A stretch of 64,000 nt of DNA. It comes from Enoplolaimus lenunculus (Eukaryota). The translations under genes and the position numbers were made by a program. The stretch is taken from the NCBI GenBank assembly GCA_030248215.1, contig JASANG010004046.1:124001-188000 (forward strand). The letters are read 5' to 3'. This document shows, one piece after another, positions 38,101-53,100 of this stretch. Numbering within the stretch: the first letter of the stretch is position 1; each line of letters starts with the position of its first letter. The notes beneath the pieces are model-generated. The model was not told the origin of the DNA, ran no database searches, and was given only the letters and a program-made list of their open reading frames with translations.

Positions 38101-41100
38101 CTCCCGCGGAAAACGTACACCTCTTTAACTAACACGATGCGCGCATGTTTTTTGCATATTCATCAATTGGTTTCTGTTAGAAAAGATGTTTGTTTCTTTT
38201 TGAAGTCTTATAAAACTATAGTTCAATCTAATTTACACTTTCAGTACAATTATAAGGAAGAACCAGGGACGTCCGCAGAAAATTATATTTGGGTTGGCAC
38301 CGAAAATTTTTGGAGGGCCCAACAATGGCAATTTAAGATTGTTTACTCTTTAGACAAAGAATATTCGGGAGGTGCCAGCCAAATTTGGGGGGAACGGCCC
38401 CCTAAATGTCCCCGTCCAGTGCGGATGCCCTTGGGAAGAACCCAAGCTTCTGGCAATGGAAACTGACAAACCGAGCACTCGAACCAAAGCACTCCACAAC
38501 CAAATCCGAGCGCGTTATCCACTCGGCTATTCGATCACGATATACCCAAACTGTATATTGTGTTTGTTTATGAGACGTGAGACATATAATCAAAATTTGG
38601 CCCATGTTACTTTAAGGGGCGTCCAGGTTTCTGTTGGCTCTATAAAAGAGTAGGTTTAGATTCTTGGTTACATTTTTTGCTTAGGCTTAGGCTTAGGTTT
38701 AGGTACTCATTTTTGCAACTCTTAGGCTTAGACTTAGGCTTAGGAATACGCTTAATCTACTGTTACGCCCCTTAAAGTAACTATCCTCATTTTTAGAACG
38801 AATTTATATTTAAATTATTGCTACCACTGCACATATAATAAAACAACGTATATTGAAAACCGCAAAAATGCATTAAAATAGCAAAAATAGCTAACCTAAT
38901 TCATTGGGAAATTGTTCGTTGCTCGTCTGTGAAGTTTCGGCAGCATTCGAACGTATTTTAAATTGATACCCATACGACCCAAGATTCCTTGTCGGTGGGT
39001 TTATCTGAGATGATGAGGACGGTCGGTTGGGTCCGACACCGTAATTAGGCCCTTCTGACTCGTCTGACGTAGGTTCAACTCGGACCACTTGGATCGTTTC
39101 GCCATCAACGTCTCGAAATGTGAACGGAATCAATTCCCGCAAAGCGTTCAAGTGTCTTGGGATCGATGTTACCGTAAAGCTGTTGGCTGGAAATCAATTA
39201 TCAGACGCGTAACCAGGATTTCATTTCGAGACGGGATAACCTCATTTAAAAGATTTCTTTGCAGACGAACATAGTGAGCGAGTAAATGTTTTGGACATTA
39301 GAATTCAGCCGGTTATTGTAAAGCCTGTAAAAGTGCCACTTTTCTGGTGTGTCCTGCACTATTGACGGAAGGGCTTTATCGCCCTACAGTCCACTATTAC
39401 AGGCGTGGCTAGAATGGTTTAGAGGTTAATCCCCTCAGTTTAAAATTTTGCCCAGGATTTCTTAGAACTTTTTCAGTGTATAATACAAGAAACCCCCTTC
39501 AAATTCCTTATAGAACCTAACAACTTTCCAAGATCGGGGCTGTGCCTCTGAGTTAATATACTTTGTAAAAATTACCACTTCCTTGCAGCCATGAATTTAA
39601 AAAAACGCTGCACCTTTTCAAAGTTTTCAGCACAATTTTTGCCCCAAATTTCGTATTTTAATTATGCATATATAGTCTTCTTTATGAATTCCCAAAAAAT
39701 ATAGTTCTCTTATCCCAAGAGACAATCACTACCCGATAACTGTTTTATCCGGTATGTTTTGGCATCCTCTAAATTCAGTCTGCATTCCATTAGTTGTTTA
39801 GGTTATCCTGAAATCCAATTAGTTGCTTTTGGATAATCCAGTAGCCAACTAGAACGTCCGTACTCTTAAACGTGTGTAGCACCTATATATCACAACTTGA
39901 TAGGTCTTGTAACCATAGGATCAGCAAATGATAAACTTAGAAAGTCAGCACATTTTTAAAATTCAATTTCGCCCTACCTCTATGCAAATTTTGAATTCTG
40001 CAATTGAAGGAGTTCGTCCAGTTTGAAAACCTATTGCTAACGGATGATACGTGCTATACGTACTGTAGTGACCCGAATAAAAGGGAGTCCCCCTTTTGAG
40101 TCCAATCAATAGGAGTCCGTATCTCTAATAAGAGTCCGTAAGCGGATAGAGTCCCTAAACCCTAATTAGAGTCCATAAATGTCAATTATCCCAAATTGTA
40201 GGGCATAAATGACTCTAACACCGAATAAAGTTAGGTTCGAAACTTTAATGCGTGCTTAACTTTTGAAAGCAACATTGCAAGGTATTTATTATCATTCAAA
40301 CTTTTGATGCAAGGCAAAAAATGTTTAATTCAACGGATAGTAGCAATACCGAATATGTACCAGTTTTAACGAAGGGTGGCGGAGGGCGGTTTGAAAATAA
40401 CTAACAGTCCGTAACTGATTAACAGAAGGAGCGGGGCTCTAGAGAGGCCAAATAAATATCAGTCCCGCCCCCTCTCATTCGGGTCACTACAGTATTTGAA
40501 AATGTGACAATATACCTGAATTAATTTCAACCGATACGATATCACTTGGTTGTTTATTTAACAATGACAATAGTTCACTGCGAATTGTTAACTCTGCATC
40601 GTTTCCACCACGAATAGACGGTGATACGAGTAGCGTCATACGTTCAAGAAAACGTTGTCCATGTCCAGGCAGACGTGTTGCTAAAACAACGTTAAAACTA
40701 GAAGGGGGTGCTGATTTTCTGATAGAACTCTGGCCGTCTCCCCGTCCGAAGAAGTTTTCGATAGTAAATTCTTAAAGAGAAATGTTTTGGAAAATTTTTT
40801 GAGTTTTACTCTATCAATTTTTGGCACAACTCTCTCCAACGCCATAAATTCTCGTGAGCTGCAGCAATACTCGCAATTGTTGGCTGCCACAGGGCTGCCC
40901 ACGAATTTGACTAAATGTTACAGACGAAGTTGCAAGTGAAATGTAAGCCGGAAGAATATTGGAATAATGGTATTTGACAATTTAACATTTGAAAATGTTT
41001 GCCAAGGATCAAATTCATTGGAATGTAAAAAATTTGATGTTAGATGATACATAATTTATATACTGTACGCAACACGTGCAGCTGATCAACTCATAAATTT

Positions 41101-44100
41101 AAACAATTCATTTCATAGCCGCGCTTAGTTCCCCGGAACCAACGACTGGGTCCCGGTATTTAAAGGACTCTGCCTTCGAGAACAAAATCAATTTCAAAAA
41201 CTTCACTGGATCAAAAAGTGTACTTGTTGAAGAATTTATTATAAAGTTCGTTTGGCTCCTCGTTCGCTATCTTTGCTCAATGGGCCCGAAGTTTGGTTTT
41301 GGGAGGAGGCCCCGGCAACCTCAGGCACGGCACCAGCCTAATTATAAACAGAGAAGTTTTGGGCTTCCAACTCCGTAGATTGGAAATTAGTGGTTTATGA
41401 TTAGCGAAACCTTAAAAACCAGAAACCTTAAGTAGATGTTAACTATCGTTTGCCTGAACATAATTAGTGACTAAAAAAGACGCAATTTACGGATGCTATT
41501 ACCACAGCAAAGAATAACTTTTCAACAAATTAAGTACCAGTCTGAAGACCGAAGCGATCAATAAATTCAAACGTCATTATTGTATTACATCCCAATACAA
41601 AATCTTAGCGTGATGATACATGTTCGATCTAAAAAAATGCGAAGAATACAAGTATATATCATTCCTAGGTCCGCTCATAGAACTCCACAACTCCATACCG
41701 TTGATTTTCCCACGCCCCGTGGGAATCTATGTACACGAATCAATCACAATTCGTTTTCCGACAACTTATCCCACAACAGTGTCCTATGAATAAATCAAGC
41801 ATAATTCTAAGCGTAATCCAAACCTTAGTCTAAGCTTAACACAATAATGTCCAACAAATTGTTGAGTCGATGAAATTTGAAATTAAAATATGTTAGTCGA
41901 CCAGTTGTTGGTCAATGAATTGTCGTGATACGAATCGACACACTACATCTTGATCTTTTTCCCACGGTCGTGGGTACAAAAACCACCATCCCCTATCGCG
42001 TACCTGAGTTATCATCAACACGTGGGCAACTCGATACACCAGCTTCGAGCGCCGTGCTGCACACCACGCGAATTGTGGCTGCGTTCAGTTGTACATCGGT
42101 TATGGGTTGAATTTGAAATTCAAACGTCCCCATTGAAACCAAATGCTCAGCGACTCGCTCGCTTCCGATAACGCGAATTTTGGTTGGGTCTTAAAAATAG
42201 CACTGTTGAGCGCCGACCAACAGAAGTGTGACCCATGGTAAACAAATAAGTATGTCCCCTCCAGTAAATATAATTTTTTGTTTTACAGCAGATGAGTCTT
42301 ACGTTTCCATCTGGAAGTCGGCGTTTGGCGTAGAAAAATAGGATTTTGAAAATTTTCGCATATTTGAGCTTCTTTTCTGAAGACTGCCGTTTGTGACTGG
42401 TAAATTCTTATAAAACTTAAGCAATATACATACCATTCGACGCAAACTGCTGAGCTGTGTCTAATAGTGCTAATATCCTCGATTTAACAATTGGTTTAAT
42501 GTTCGAATATGATTTAGCGTGCCGCCATCATTGGGGATGGTGGCTGCGCCCAACTGTTCGACATAAACTCTTGAACCGTTGGTGCCATCGTGCAAAATTT
42601 AATTTGAAACGCAGATCTTCAAGCTGTGTCAAGCGATATATAATTTACGCAGCTTTTAGAAAAAAATTTTTTCGGCCCCGAAAGAGAGACCTGGCCATCA
42701 AACAATCAGACTCAGATTTTTCAAAAGTTCAAATTTATGTGTGAATGATCAAGGAAGATGATAAGCTCAAATATGCAAATTTTCAAAATCTGGCCATTTT
42801 TAGTTGAACACCAGCTGCGAGACATAACGGAAAAGACCCGATGGATAATATCAATAGATTTCCTCAGAACCAGAACAGGCACTTCCCATATTTCCATTTT
42901 GGGGGCCCCACCCGTTAATTTTTGTAAAATTTGGAATATAACTTCCACAAAATATCATGTGTACGCGAAGTAACTTTTGAGGGTTAGTATTATCGAAACT
43001 GAAGCTTTTTTGCTTCAGCATCCCGTATACTGAATCTTTTTGGCTTCAGTAGCCATGAATTGTTGAAGTTGCAAAAAATTCAACGAATCCGCACTACGAA
43101 TTTTGATCTGCAACCCATGCTTTGAGATATTGGCTTTGCAAATCAAAGATTATACCTGTCTGTAAAACAACCGCTTGTACAAGGATTTTGCTCATTCCAA
43201 TGTGATCCATTAAACTCGGACCAAACGCGTCTAGTGATATTCCAGTGACATCAAACGGTTCTGACAAATACAGAAGCGCAGACGAGCGAAGATTTTCAAT
43301 GCCTAAAACTTATATATAACTTAAAAAGCTATTAATATTTCAATAGTTGGTCAATGTTACTTTGACGACGTAACCAGCAGTATAACACTATTTCTACGCC
43401 TAAGGGAAGCCTATAACTAGCCTTGGAATAAGCCTAAGCCTAAGCTTAACCAAAAAATTAGTCTAAAGCTCCAGCTTACTCTATATCATGAGTCTTGTTG
43501 AAAAGCGGTACGCCCGTCAAAGTAACATAGACACAATTGTGGATAACATTTTGGAAAACGGTACGCCCGTCAAACTAACATAAAATAAAGGCATTCGCTA
43601 ACCCTCGCTTTAAATTTACAGTGTTTAACTACCAGTATTAATCTTAATCTATGCGTGCTAATTATTTTGCAGAACGATCTGTTATGTATTGTTAAAACAA
43701 TGTTTACTTGTGCTGGAACTGTGCCCAAACTACGTATGCGGGGCGCAGGGCCAGAGCAGCGACCCCATACCACCGATTAGGGGCCCCCACACCAAAAGGA
43801 CCCCCACCCTAACCGGTTGAAACAAAAACCGCCGAAGTTTTAAAACGCGTCTGGCTTCTTGCTCGCTTTGCTCGCGAGTTTGTGGGGACCCCCACCTTTA
43901 TCTGGTCCGGCACTGGCAAGGCGTTCCAGCTTTCGCCTATGTACAGCACAGTTTACGCGGATAACCGTGGCCGAGTAAAAGCCAGCCAAACTGTGAACAC
44001 ACTCGTGCTTTGCAACCAAACAAACTTCTGCTATATAAAAACATGGGCAAAACACGGTCTCGAGTTCAGTTTTATACAGCATTAAGAGTGCTGACAAATT

Positions 44101-47100
44101 GCTTCCGATTCTGGAGAGGGCGTCTGAATAACATATATTCTGCGAGCAAAAAACAGGCCATACAGGGTAACTTCCTGACACGGTTCGACCCGTTACAAAT
44201 CCACTAAATTTGCCACGTCACCCACTTATCGGCTTCCAACTCTGATGTACGCTTTCGCGGGCCCGTAGCCAACGAGTGGGCCATGCGAGGTTAGGTCACC
44301 TGAAAATTTTTGACCCCTGGAAAATTTTCCACCTTGCTTGTAAGTCAATGAAAGCCCTGGAATTCCGCTGCTGAATATTTTTTAGCCCCCAAGTAAGGTG
44401 AGCTGGCTACCGGCCTACGCGTTCGAGCTTCAAATTATTAAGTCGCAGGATAATAGCAAACGCTTCCAACCGAGAGTTATAAATTCTTAATGGAAAATAT
44501 CATTTCAGTTACTGTCTTTATAAGGAATATTCATCATTTGTTCCTCCTAACCAGCATCTGCTTAATAAAATCCTGGCCACGCCCCTGTCCGGCGACACCT
44601 CTAAAAACTTAGATAGATAGATAGATAGACAACCGGCTTTATAAACTTTACCAATTGTGTTGACAGGAAAGTGCAACAGTCGGGTAATTGAACAAGGCAT
44701 CGTTGACTTCAACTTAACCGCAACAATTTGAACAAGTCGATTGCGAGCGTCACGAAATTCAGACGGAACATGTTGAATCAGTTGTGGGTACAGATCAAAT
44801 TTTCCCGGCACAAATATTATTTGAGCTAAACATTTGATAAAAGGCAAGTTTTGGAGACAAAAAAGTTGGAAACTTGGCTCTTGCACGCTCTTTCACATTA
44901 TAAGATTAAGGCTTAGACTTAGGCTTGTAAGCAAAAGGTATATGTTGGACCAACATTGCGAACAAATGTGCCCGAAGATTGCAAGTATAGTTTTGTATAC
45001 TGTATATTTATTGCAAATAGAACGGTGCTGAAGATATAAGCCAGAGGGCTCTTAAATGTATTGAAAAGAGTTTAACCAAAGGTTGGAAAAGGATTAATTA
45101 ATCTGGAATAATTCAACCGGAGAAAATTATACAGACAGAGGAAGAATTAAACCGCCACTTTATTGGGGCAAAATTAAACCGGCATGCGGGGGAAAATAAA
45201 ACTGGTTTAATTCTTCCGTGTAAGAATTAATAACCTAGTTTAGTTCATCCGGAGTAAGAAATAAACTAGATTAGTTCTTTCGAAGGAAGAATTAAACAGT
45301 GACACCCGCAGCATACGCGTCAAAAAATATAGTTGACGATGAAAGCAGTTGGAAAAACGAGCTGCGTAGCTTAGTGGTAGATCTTTTGTCTAAAAATCTA
45401 AAGGCATCACTTAGTTCGAACCACCCTTCGTATGCGTGTTTTTCCAGCTGCTGCTAGCTAAAAAGTGTGGTACCCCGGTTCCTACCTAAACTGACAAGGC
45501 TTAGACTTAGGAAAAAGATTACACACAGGCGAAATTAAAAGTTTCCTAAACCAAACCAAACCTAAGCCCGAGAATAAGCGTAAGCGTTAATGTGGAAGGA
45601 AGCATGCAAGAGCTGGAAAATTTTCAGCATCCTAGGAGTGTCCTACCCAGGATTTTTCGGTTTTGGGATATTTCGTGCTTTTTTGATTTATAGGTGTTGG
45701 TGTTAAAACGTGTTTAAGATCACTAATTACGCAAACGCGCGAAATTTTTTTCCACTTATGTTATATCCGCGAATGTGTGTTCTTTAATTGAACTAAAAAC
45801 CAAATTATGAGCTTTACAAGAAAATTTAGAATCGCAAATTTTCGATTATACCACTTCTGATAGATAACGCTGTACCTCCTCGTAACGCCTACCATACAAC
45901 CTAAGGGTGTGAAGGATAATAGAGCCCTAGCATGATTTCGCAAGGCACCCCCATCTGCGAATACGTTTTCCTAAACCATCGTATAGAACCTGTCTAACCA
46001 CTCCCTTGCTTACCGTCGGCCCCGCCGATAAGGGCGAAGAAACGATTTCTTCCACACTATTTTGATGCCCCGCCCAGAGGGTTTTTAGTTTTCGTTTACC
46101 TGAAGGAATTTGTAAATTAGCCAGGTGTTCGCGTGGAACATCAAAAATTTCAGCAAGTTCCCAAATTGCCGATTTTTCTTGCAACGATCGATCATCGAGA
46201 TTCATGGGGGCGGCTAGTTCGAATACTAGCCCGCCAGGACACATTTGTTCTAAAATAATCAGGAGTTTAAAACTTTACAACCCTGCTCTGACCCATATCT
46301 CAATGGTGATTCTATCTCCACGGCATCCATGGAAATAATGTAAGGTTTGACCGAAGCAGCGTAGTTTTTGGATGCAGAATGCAACACGTAATGGTTTGGG
46401 GTGCTAGAAAACGCTAATTTGTAAATCTTATAATGAATTTGTTCCCCCTCGTATTAAATATTTACCTGTCTATCGTCTAACTATTACAAACTCTGCTCTT
46501 TTACTCTGGTCTTTTACCAAAACTACAAACACTTTTATACAAAATGGCAGTATGCCGTAATAATAATGAAGGTATTGTTAAAATGTGAGTAGCACCTATC
46601 ACCAGTTTTAGTTACGTTCTCAAACAAGTGATAAGTGACAGCTGTAGGTTTGATATTGCAACAGTAGTACTGTACATTATGAAATACAAGTAAGTTGCGA
46701 AGCTAACCACTCGTTTCTTCTAGAAGTTTTTTTAAAGTCTACTAGTCAGAGTTGGCATTTATTTGGTAATCGATATACATTTGTCTCAGTAATTGAACGG
46801 CCGATGGCCCTCTTTGTGCGCTTTTTGGCTACGTTTCTGATTCGAGCCGTTGCATACCGTTTTCGCTATCCACTGAAAGTTCTGTGGTCGACGTAATCGT
46901 ATTCGTATGACCAAAAGAATCCAATAATTGTGCCCCTACGATGTTATCAAGGATGTCGTCACAGTCGTACACTACGATTTGAATGGTATTTGCTGAAATT
47001 ATTACCACGTTCACCGTTTCTCAAATAGAGTATACTATGGGCAACTAAAAACAAACTATGCAAGTAAAATTATAATTTTAACAATTATACCAAGCGTAGG

Positions 47101-50100
47101 CGCAGTACAGAAGGTTAACAAAACATCGTGCGGCTTCAATCGTTCCGAGAAACGATTATTACTCGATTGAAATTTCATATTTACTCGGAAAAGTTTGAAT
47201 ATTTGTGGCACTCAATTAAATAAAATTAAACTATTTTTCTGAAAAGAACAAGGGTGGGAAAAGACTGGTTGTGGGTAAAAATGTGTCATGAATAAAATAA
47301 TTACGCTCGGATATACCAGCGAGCAAAAAATGAAGTGGTGAAACACAGGCCGTTAAAAATCATTACCCACTACATTTCTGCTTGCCTTTAGTACGGATCA
47401 TGTAAAAAATAGGATTTCGACACCAAGCATGAATGTAATACTAAGCCTAAATTAAGCACAAATCTAAACTAAGTTCAACCCAAAGTATAAGCGCATTAAA
47501 AGTAGTAAACGGATCACTATTTTTAAAAGCCAGCGTTAAATAACTAACTACTATCAGATATTGCAATGACAGCATTTCTGTGTGTCATTGCAGACAGCTG
47601 AAATAGATTTGAATAAGTAGTACAATAGGTGGATCCGGAGTTCATTGGGTGCCTGAGTGCCCCACTACGCATTAAAAGCAAGGAAATTTTGTTAAACATA
47701 AAATTGAAAAATGCTTCATGTCTGATAGCGTTTGGTTCCGAGATTTCCAACGCATGGCCTTTAAAATTAAATTTGCCCCGTGATACAAGCAAAATAAAGC
47801 TACAAATACACAATTTAGATTGCTACTTACAAATGGAGTGCCGACGCCGTTTTTTTATTTTTAAATTTTGCCGAAGCCAATTAGGCGGCAGTTAGCACAT
47901 CCCTACTAATTATCTGTTTGAATTTTCATAACTAATAATTTTATTAAAAAATCTCGGACGAATCAGGACCTTTAGTGGTAACAGCGGATGAATTTCATTT
48001 TGAGCGAAAGTAAAGAATGGATGACTATTTTGAGCTTAGAATGCAGTAGATCATACCTAGACTGTAAAAGTGCCGTTTTCGCGTTTCTCTACAGCTAGAA
48101 AGGGTTCAGGAGTCAAAACCACCTTCTCCGATGTTTTCCATGGGTTTTTACGGATATTTTTAGTTGTTACCAAAAGAACTCTCCTTCGAAATTTTATAGG
48201 ACGTAAGCTTTTGCACAATCCTGGCTACGCGCATGTCCCCTGCTTTTTTGTTGGTATACTCGCCTGCTGTTTGAATCAAACCATACTTACGTCCAACAAA
48301 AGCAACTGATTGAATTTTTCCAGTACAAAGCAAAACGCCCATTTCGTATTTTAAATCTTCTAAATCAAAGTTGAATTGATCGAAATTCGACTCGAATTCA
48401 ATTTCGAATATTCGATGAGACTGTAATATTTCGCCGGCTGAGGGCAGAGTTTCAAATTGATCGGGAGCTGAAATTGTTGAATCTGAAATAAAACTAACCC
48501 GCTGTAGCGGTATCTATCTATATCACACTGTTTAGGTATCAAAACTCGTCAGTTACCAAGCATTAATAAACAGCTGATCAAAAAGTTCATCACAGCAATA
48601 CTCCTAAAAAGCCTATAGTTCTTAATAACTAAACGCGGAAAGTTTGAAGTAAAAAATGTCACAAGTTTGGTATATTCTCATTAAACAAGAAACGTGTATA
48701 AATCTTTGGCTCCAGCATTTTGGCACAAATCGAGCACCTTAAACAAAAAGCAATGACACTACCTCGACACAGAACACCAATATTGCATGGCCTTGATTCT
48801 GTAATTGGATTGCATTGCTGGTCGAAAGGCGTCGAATAACTGGTTCTGGTTTGTGTTCCACCTTCACACAATACTGAACACTCGGACCAATCAGAAAACG
48901 TCTGCAACGAATTCTGTCAACTTTATACATGCGTACAATATGATTGGTTAAATTATTCAGAACTCTGCTAATTTGAACTGAATTTATTTCTACAACTCGC
49001 CCTATTGGCTTGTTTTATACTTTAAAGAAGTATCAAACTGTCATTGTATTCCGGTCAACTACTCGATTGCGTTATACAGTATTGTACCCACGTCCACAAC
49101 TGCGAAGGAGCGAACGCGGTCACCGCCCCATACAGCATCTTCGCACCCACAACTGGCAGAAGTTTCTACAAACGCAACAGATGACACGCCCACAACATCG
49201 CAACTAAACTCTTATGCTTTGAATACTACTGATTTGAATAATTTTGTACGACTAAAGTAGAAATTAGTAGAACTGTATTTCTTCACCATAAACGTTTTTC
49301 AAGAAGGACGATCGCTGCCTTGTCCCCTCCCCAACCAAACAAGTTGCCCAGTTGTTAATACAAAATACCGCATACCTCGCATGGTTGCAGTTGAGGTTCA
49401 GGGCATTCCACCTGAGTGTTACAGTCTTCGGTTACAACGAGATCTGGGCACGGCTGACCTTCTGCGACAGGTTCAACAACAACTGCTCCTTGTCGTGAGC
49501 GGGTACCGCCGTGGCACGTTTGGCTACAATCACTCCAATCGCCGTAAACCACCTGCAATTTAACCATGGGCGTAACCAAGACTCTGAGGGCATAAGTTCA
49601 TATGATATTTTTTGTGGGGTGTGAGCATGGGTTCAGCTAAGATTTTTGAAAAAGTGGTTACTTCTATAAAAATTTGAAAGGTTCTTGTGTTAGATACTCA
49701 AAAAGTATCGAAAACTCCTTCACAAAAATTACAAAGGGTGTTTTGACCGGTGAACCCGCGTTGGTTATACACCCAAGGGCGAGTGACAAGAAAGGTAGAT
49801 TTAAAGTTATAAGGCCCATGTATAGAACAGGGCCGGATGTTTTACTACATGACTGTAATAGTCAGTTTAAGCTTTAGACTAACTTTTGTTCTTAGACTTA
49901 GGCTTAGGCTTAGGAATAGGCTCATCGTTACGCTTAGGCTAAGGCGTAGGCTTAGGAATATGCTTATACTACTGTTCCGGCCCTGTTCTTGACATGGGCC
50001 AAACGGCCATTTTATGATCCATCAAGGATGTTGGGAAACTCACGCCTATGAATGTAACAGCATTCATGTCAATGCAACAGAAAAACCCAGTGCGGAGCGG

Positions 50101-53100
50101 AAGACACAATTTTTAAATTTAAAAAAACTGAGAACTTTATTTATTTTACTGTTTTGCCAGTCCCACAGCTTAACGATGGTCTTTAGCTTTAACGAAAGCC
50201 ATAAAAAGTAATGCACAAGGACAGGCCTAGTAGTTTTCCAGAAAAAACAAGTGCAGTGCCTTGTATTGCTGTTGAGCCGAATGCTTTGTGCAATTCATCT
50301 TTTTTGAACTGCATGCAGCCAATGTGCAATTAATTGCGCAATACATCGAAAATTTACAGCTAATCGACGGATCCTAGTTTTGTGCATTTTATACCTTCGC
50401 GCTCTTTGTGCATATTTTAACAAATCCATCCAGCAGCGCCCTCTCAAATTTTTGACGGGGGCGAGTTTTGCACAAGTCAGACACGTATTTTTAATACTGT
50501 ATGCTATATATGTGCCAATTTTGTAAAAGGAACAACATTGTACAGTATAGACCTTACCATTTTTTTCACAAAAAATCCCTGATTGGGAGGGGGCGTACGC
50601 TCCCGCCGCGCCCAACTGAATTCACTATTGAATTCATTCGATGCATTATTAATATCAACCGTTCAGCATCGCTGTTTTCCAATCCAGTACAGCCTCCTGT
50701 GAATGCATCGTCCACAATAAGTTGTGTACATAATGCCACAATTAGAGAGCATGGTTATCAAATACGGTTTAATGAACTGTCCGGCCTGTAACTGATATTC
50801 TAACCACTTTTGCGGGGCAAGACTTATTGTGTTCTGTCAGTTGACTACGTCTATCGTGTTAGAAAAGCGAAATGTTTGACAGAACGGAATTGCTTTTTAC
50901 CTGACAGTCCACCGGATCTGGTGGGCAATCGATTTCTGTGTCACAAAGTTCCGGCTCCGGTTGTTCGGGGCATGAGACGCCTCCAAATTGTGCCTCACGT
51001 ACAATCTCCAGTTGCTGCGTGCGATATCCTGTACCACATGTTGTACTGCATTCACTGAATGCGGTGTAGCGATACTGAAATATCAAAAATGAAAATATAT
51101 AATGCATTTTTTACAATAACTTGCGTACACCGTGTTATTATTTTCACAAGCTTGTTACGTACAGGAATAACCTTGAGTGCAATATATGGTTAATGGGCTT
51201 TGAATTTACTGTTATTAACTCAAGAACATAAGTGTAAAAATGTGGTTTAGCTTAATAGCTTACCTGGCAATCAACAGGTGGCGGAGGGCATGCGACCCCA
51301 GAATTGCATGATTCCGGCCGCGGCTGATCGGGACATTGGAGACCTCCAAACTGTGGCTGTTGTTCGATTAGCACCTGGCGGATTCTTTGACCAAATCCAC
51401 ACGAAACACTACAGTCACTCCAGTCCGAATACGAGAACTGAAATAAATAATCTATGGATTTTGTAAAACTAATCGTCCACTGATAATATGTGTTACACAC
51501 ATTTGAGAATACGGACAATTGACAAAGAAGTACGGTACGGTGATAAAGCTACTCTAAAATAGGTGATATTCCAAAAAACATGCACCAACTGGATTTTGTT
51601 TCGTTTTCTAAACATTTCTTTTGCTGTGACGGTAGCGGACAGTGACGGACATCATCAAAGCTACAGTGCGACCCCTGGCATGGCTTGGTTTTAGTACGAA
51701 GATAAATTTTGGTCTCTTTAAATTAATGTTTCGAAACATTCGTTTTGGGCCCATTGAAGTCTTTAAAATCATCTCCAGTTTCAGGAATTGGTTACCCATA
51801 GATAGTTTAACAGATAAAACTTTTCTAGGGGGGCCAAATTTTTAAGGAGGTGTCTGGCTCTTTGGGCCGCCGTCTGACTACAGACCGGATAAGTGGTAAT
51901 AAAGCTCACTACTTTTATTAACGGAGATTATGACACGATTTAACTAGGTCCCCATTCGTGCTTACCTGGCAATCAACAGGTGGCGGGGGACACTGAACTC
52001 CAGAATCGCACGCTTCCGGCAGCGGCTGATCGGGACATTGGAGACCTCCAAACTGGGGCTGTTGTTCAATTAGAAGCTGTCGGGTTCTTTGGCCAAATCC
52101 ACATGAAACACTGCAGTCACTCCAGTCCGAATAAGAAAACTGAAAACCAATTATTAATCGTTTGGAAGTAACGATGAATATAATAAGGGTTGCGCTTACT
52201 TTTTAATTATTTTAATGCCGACGGCGTTTGAACAGGTGACGGACGGCGCCGAACAGGTGACGGACGGCGCCGAACAGGTGACGGACGGCGCCGAACAGGT
52301 GACGGACGGCGCCGAACAGGTGACGGACGGCGCCGAACATGTGACGGACGGCGCCGAACATGTGACGGACGGCGCCGAACATGTGACGGACGGCGCCGAA
52401 CAGGTGACGGACGGCGCCGAACATGTGACGGACGGCGCCGAACATGTGACGGACGGCGCCGAACATGTGACGGACGGCGCCGAACATGTGACGGACGGCG
52501 CCGAACATGTGACGGACGGCGCCGAACATGTGACGGACGGCGCCGAACATGTGACGGACGGCGCCGAACATGTGACGGACGGCGCCGAACATGTGACGGA
52601 CGGCGCCGAACATGTGACGGACGGCGCCGAACATGTGACGGACGGCGCCGAACATGTGACGGACGGCGCCGAACATGTGACGGACGGCGCCGAACATGTG
52701 ACGGACGGCGCCGAACATGTGACGGACGGCGCCGAACATGTGACGGACGGCGCCGAACATGTGACGGACGGCGCCGAACATGTGACGGACGGCGCCGAAC
52801 ATGTGACGGACGGCGCCGAACATGTGACGGACGGCGCCGAACATGTGACGGACGGCGCCGAACATGTGACGGACGGCGCCGAACATGTGACGGACGGCGC
52901 CGAACATGTGACGGACGGCGCCGAACATGTGACGGACGGCGCCGAACATGTGACGGTCGGCGCCGAACATGTGACGGACGGCGCCGAACATGTGACGGAC
53001 GGCGCCGAACATGTGACGGACGGCGCCGAACATGTGACGGACGGCGCCGAACATGTGACGGACGGCGCCGAACATGTGACGGACGGCGCCGAACATGTGA

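Noticed and set aside
38689..38745. TTAGGC runs as a true telomere or chromosome-fusion scar
   Set aside because: The runs are short, degenerate, dispersed and bounded by TIRs, which element carriage explains better.
42432..42660. Candidate extra minus-strand exon ending at a GTATGT donor
   Set aside because: All three frames contain stops before a usable acceptor, and the gene model is complete without it.
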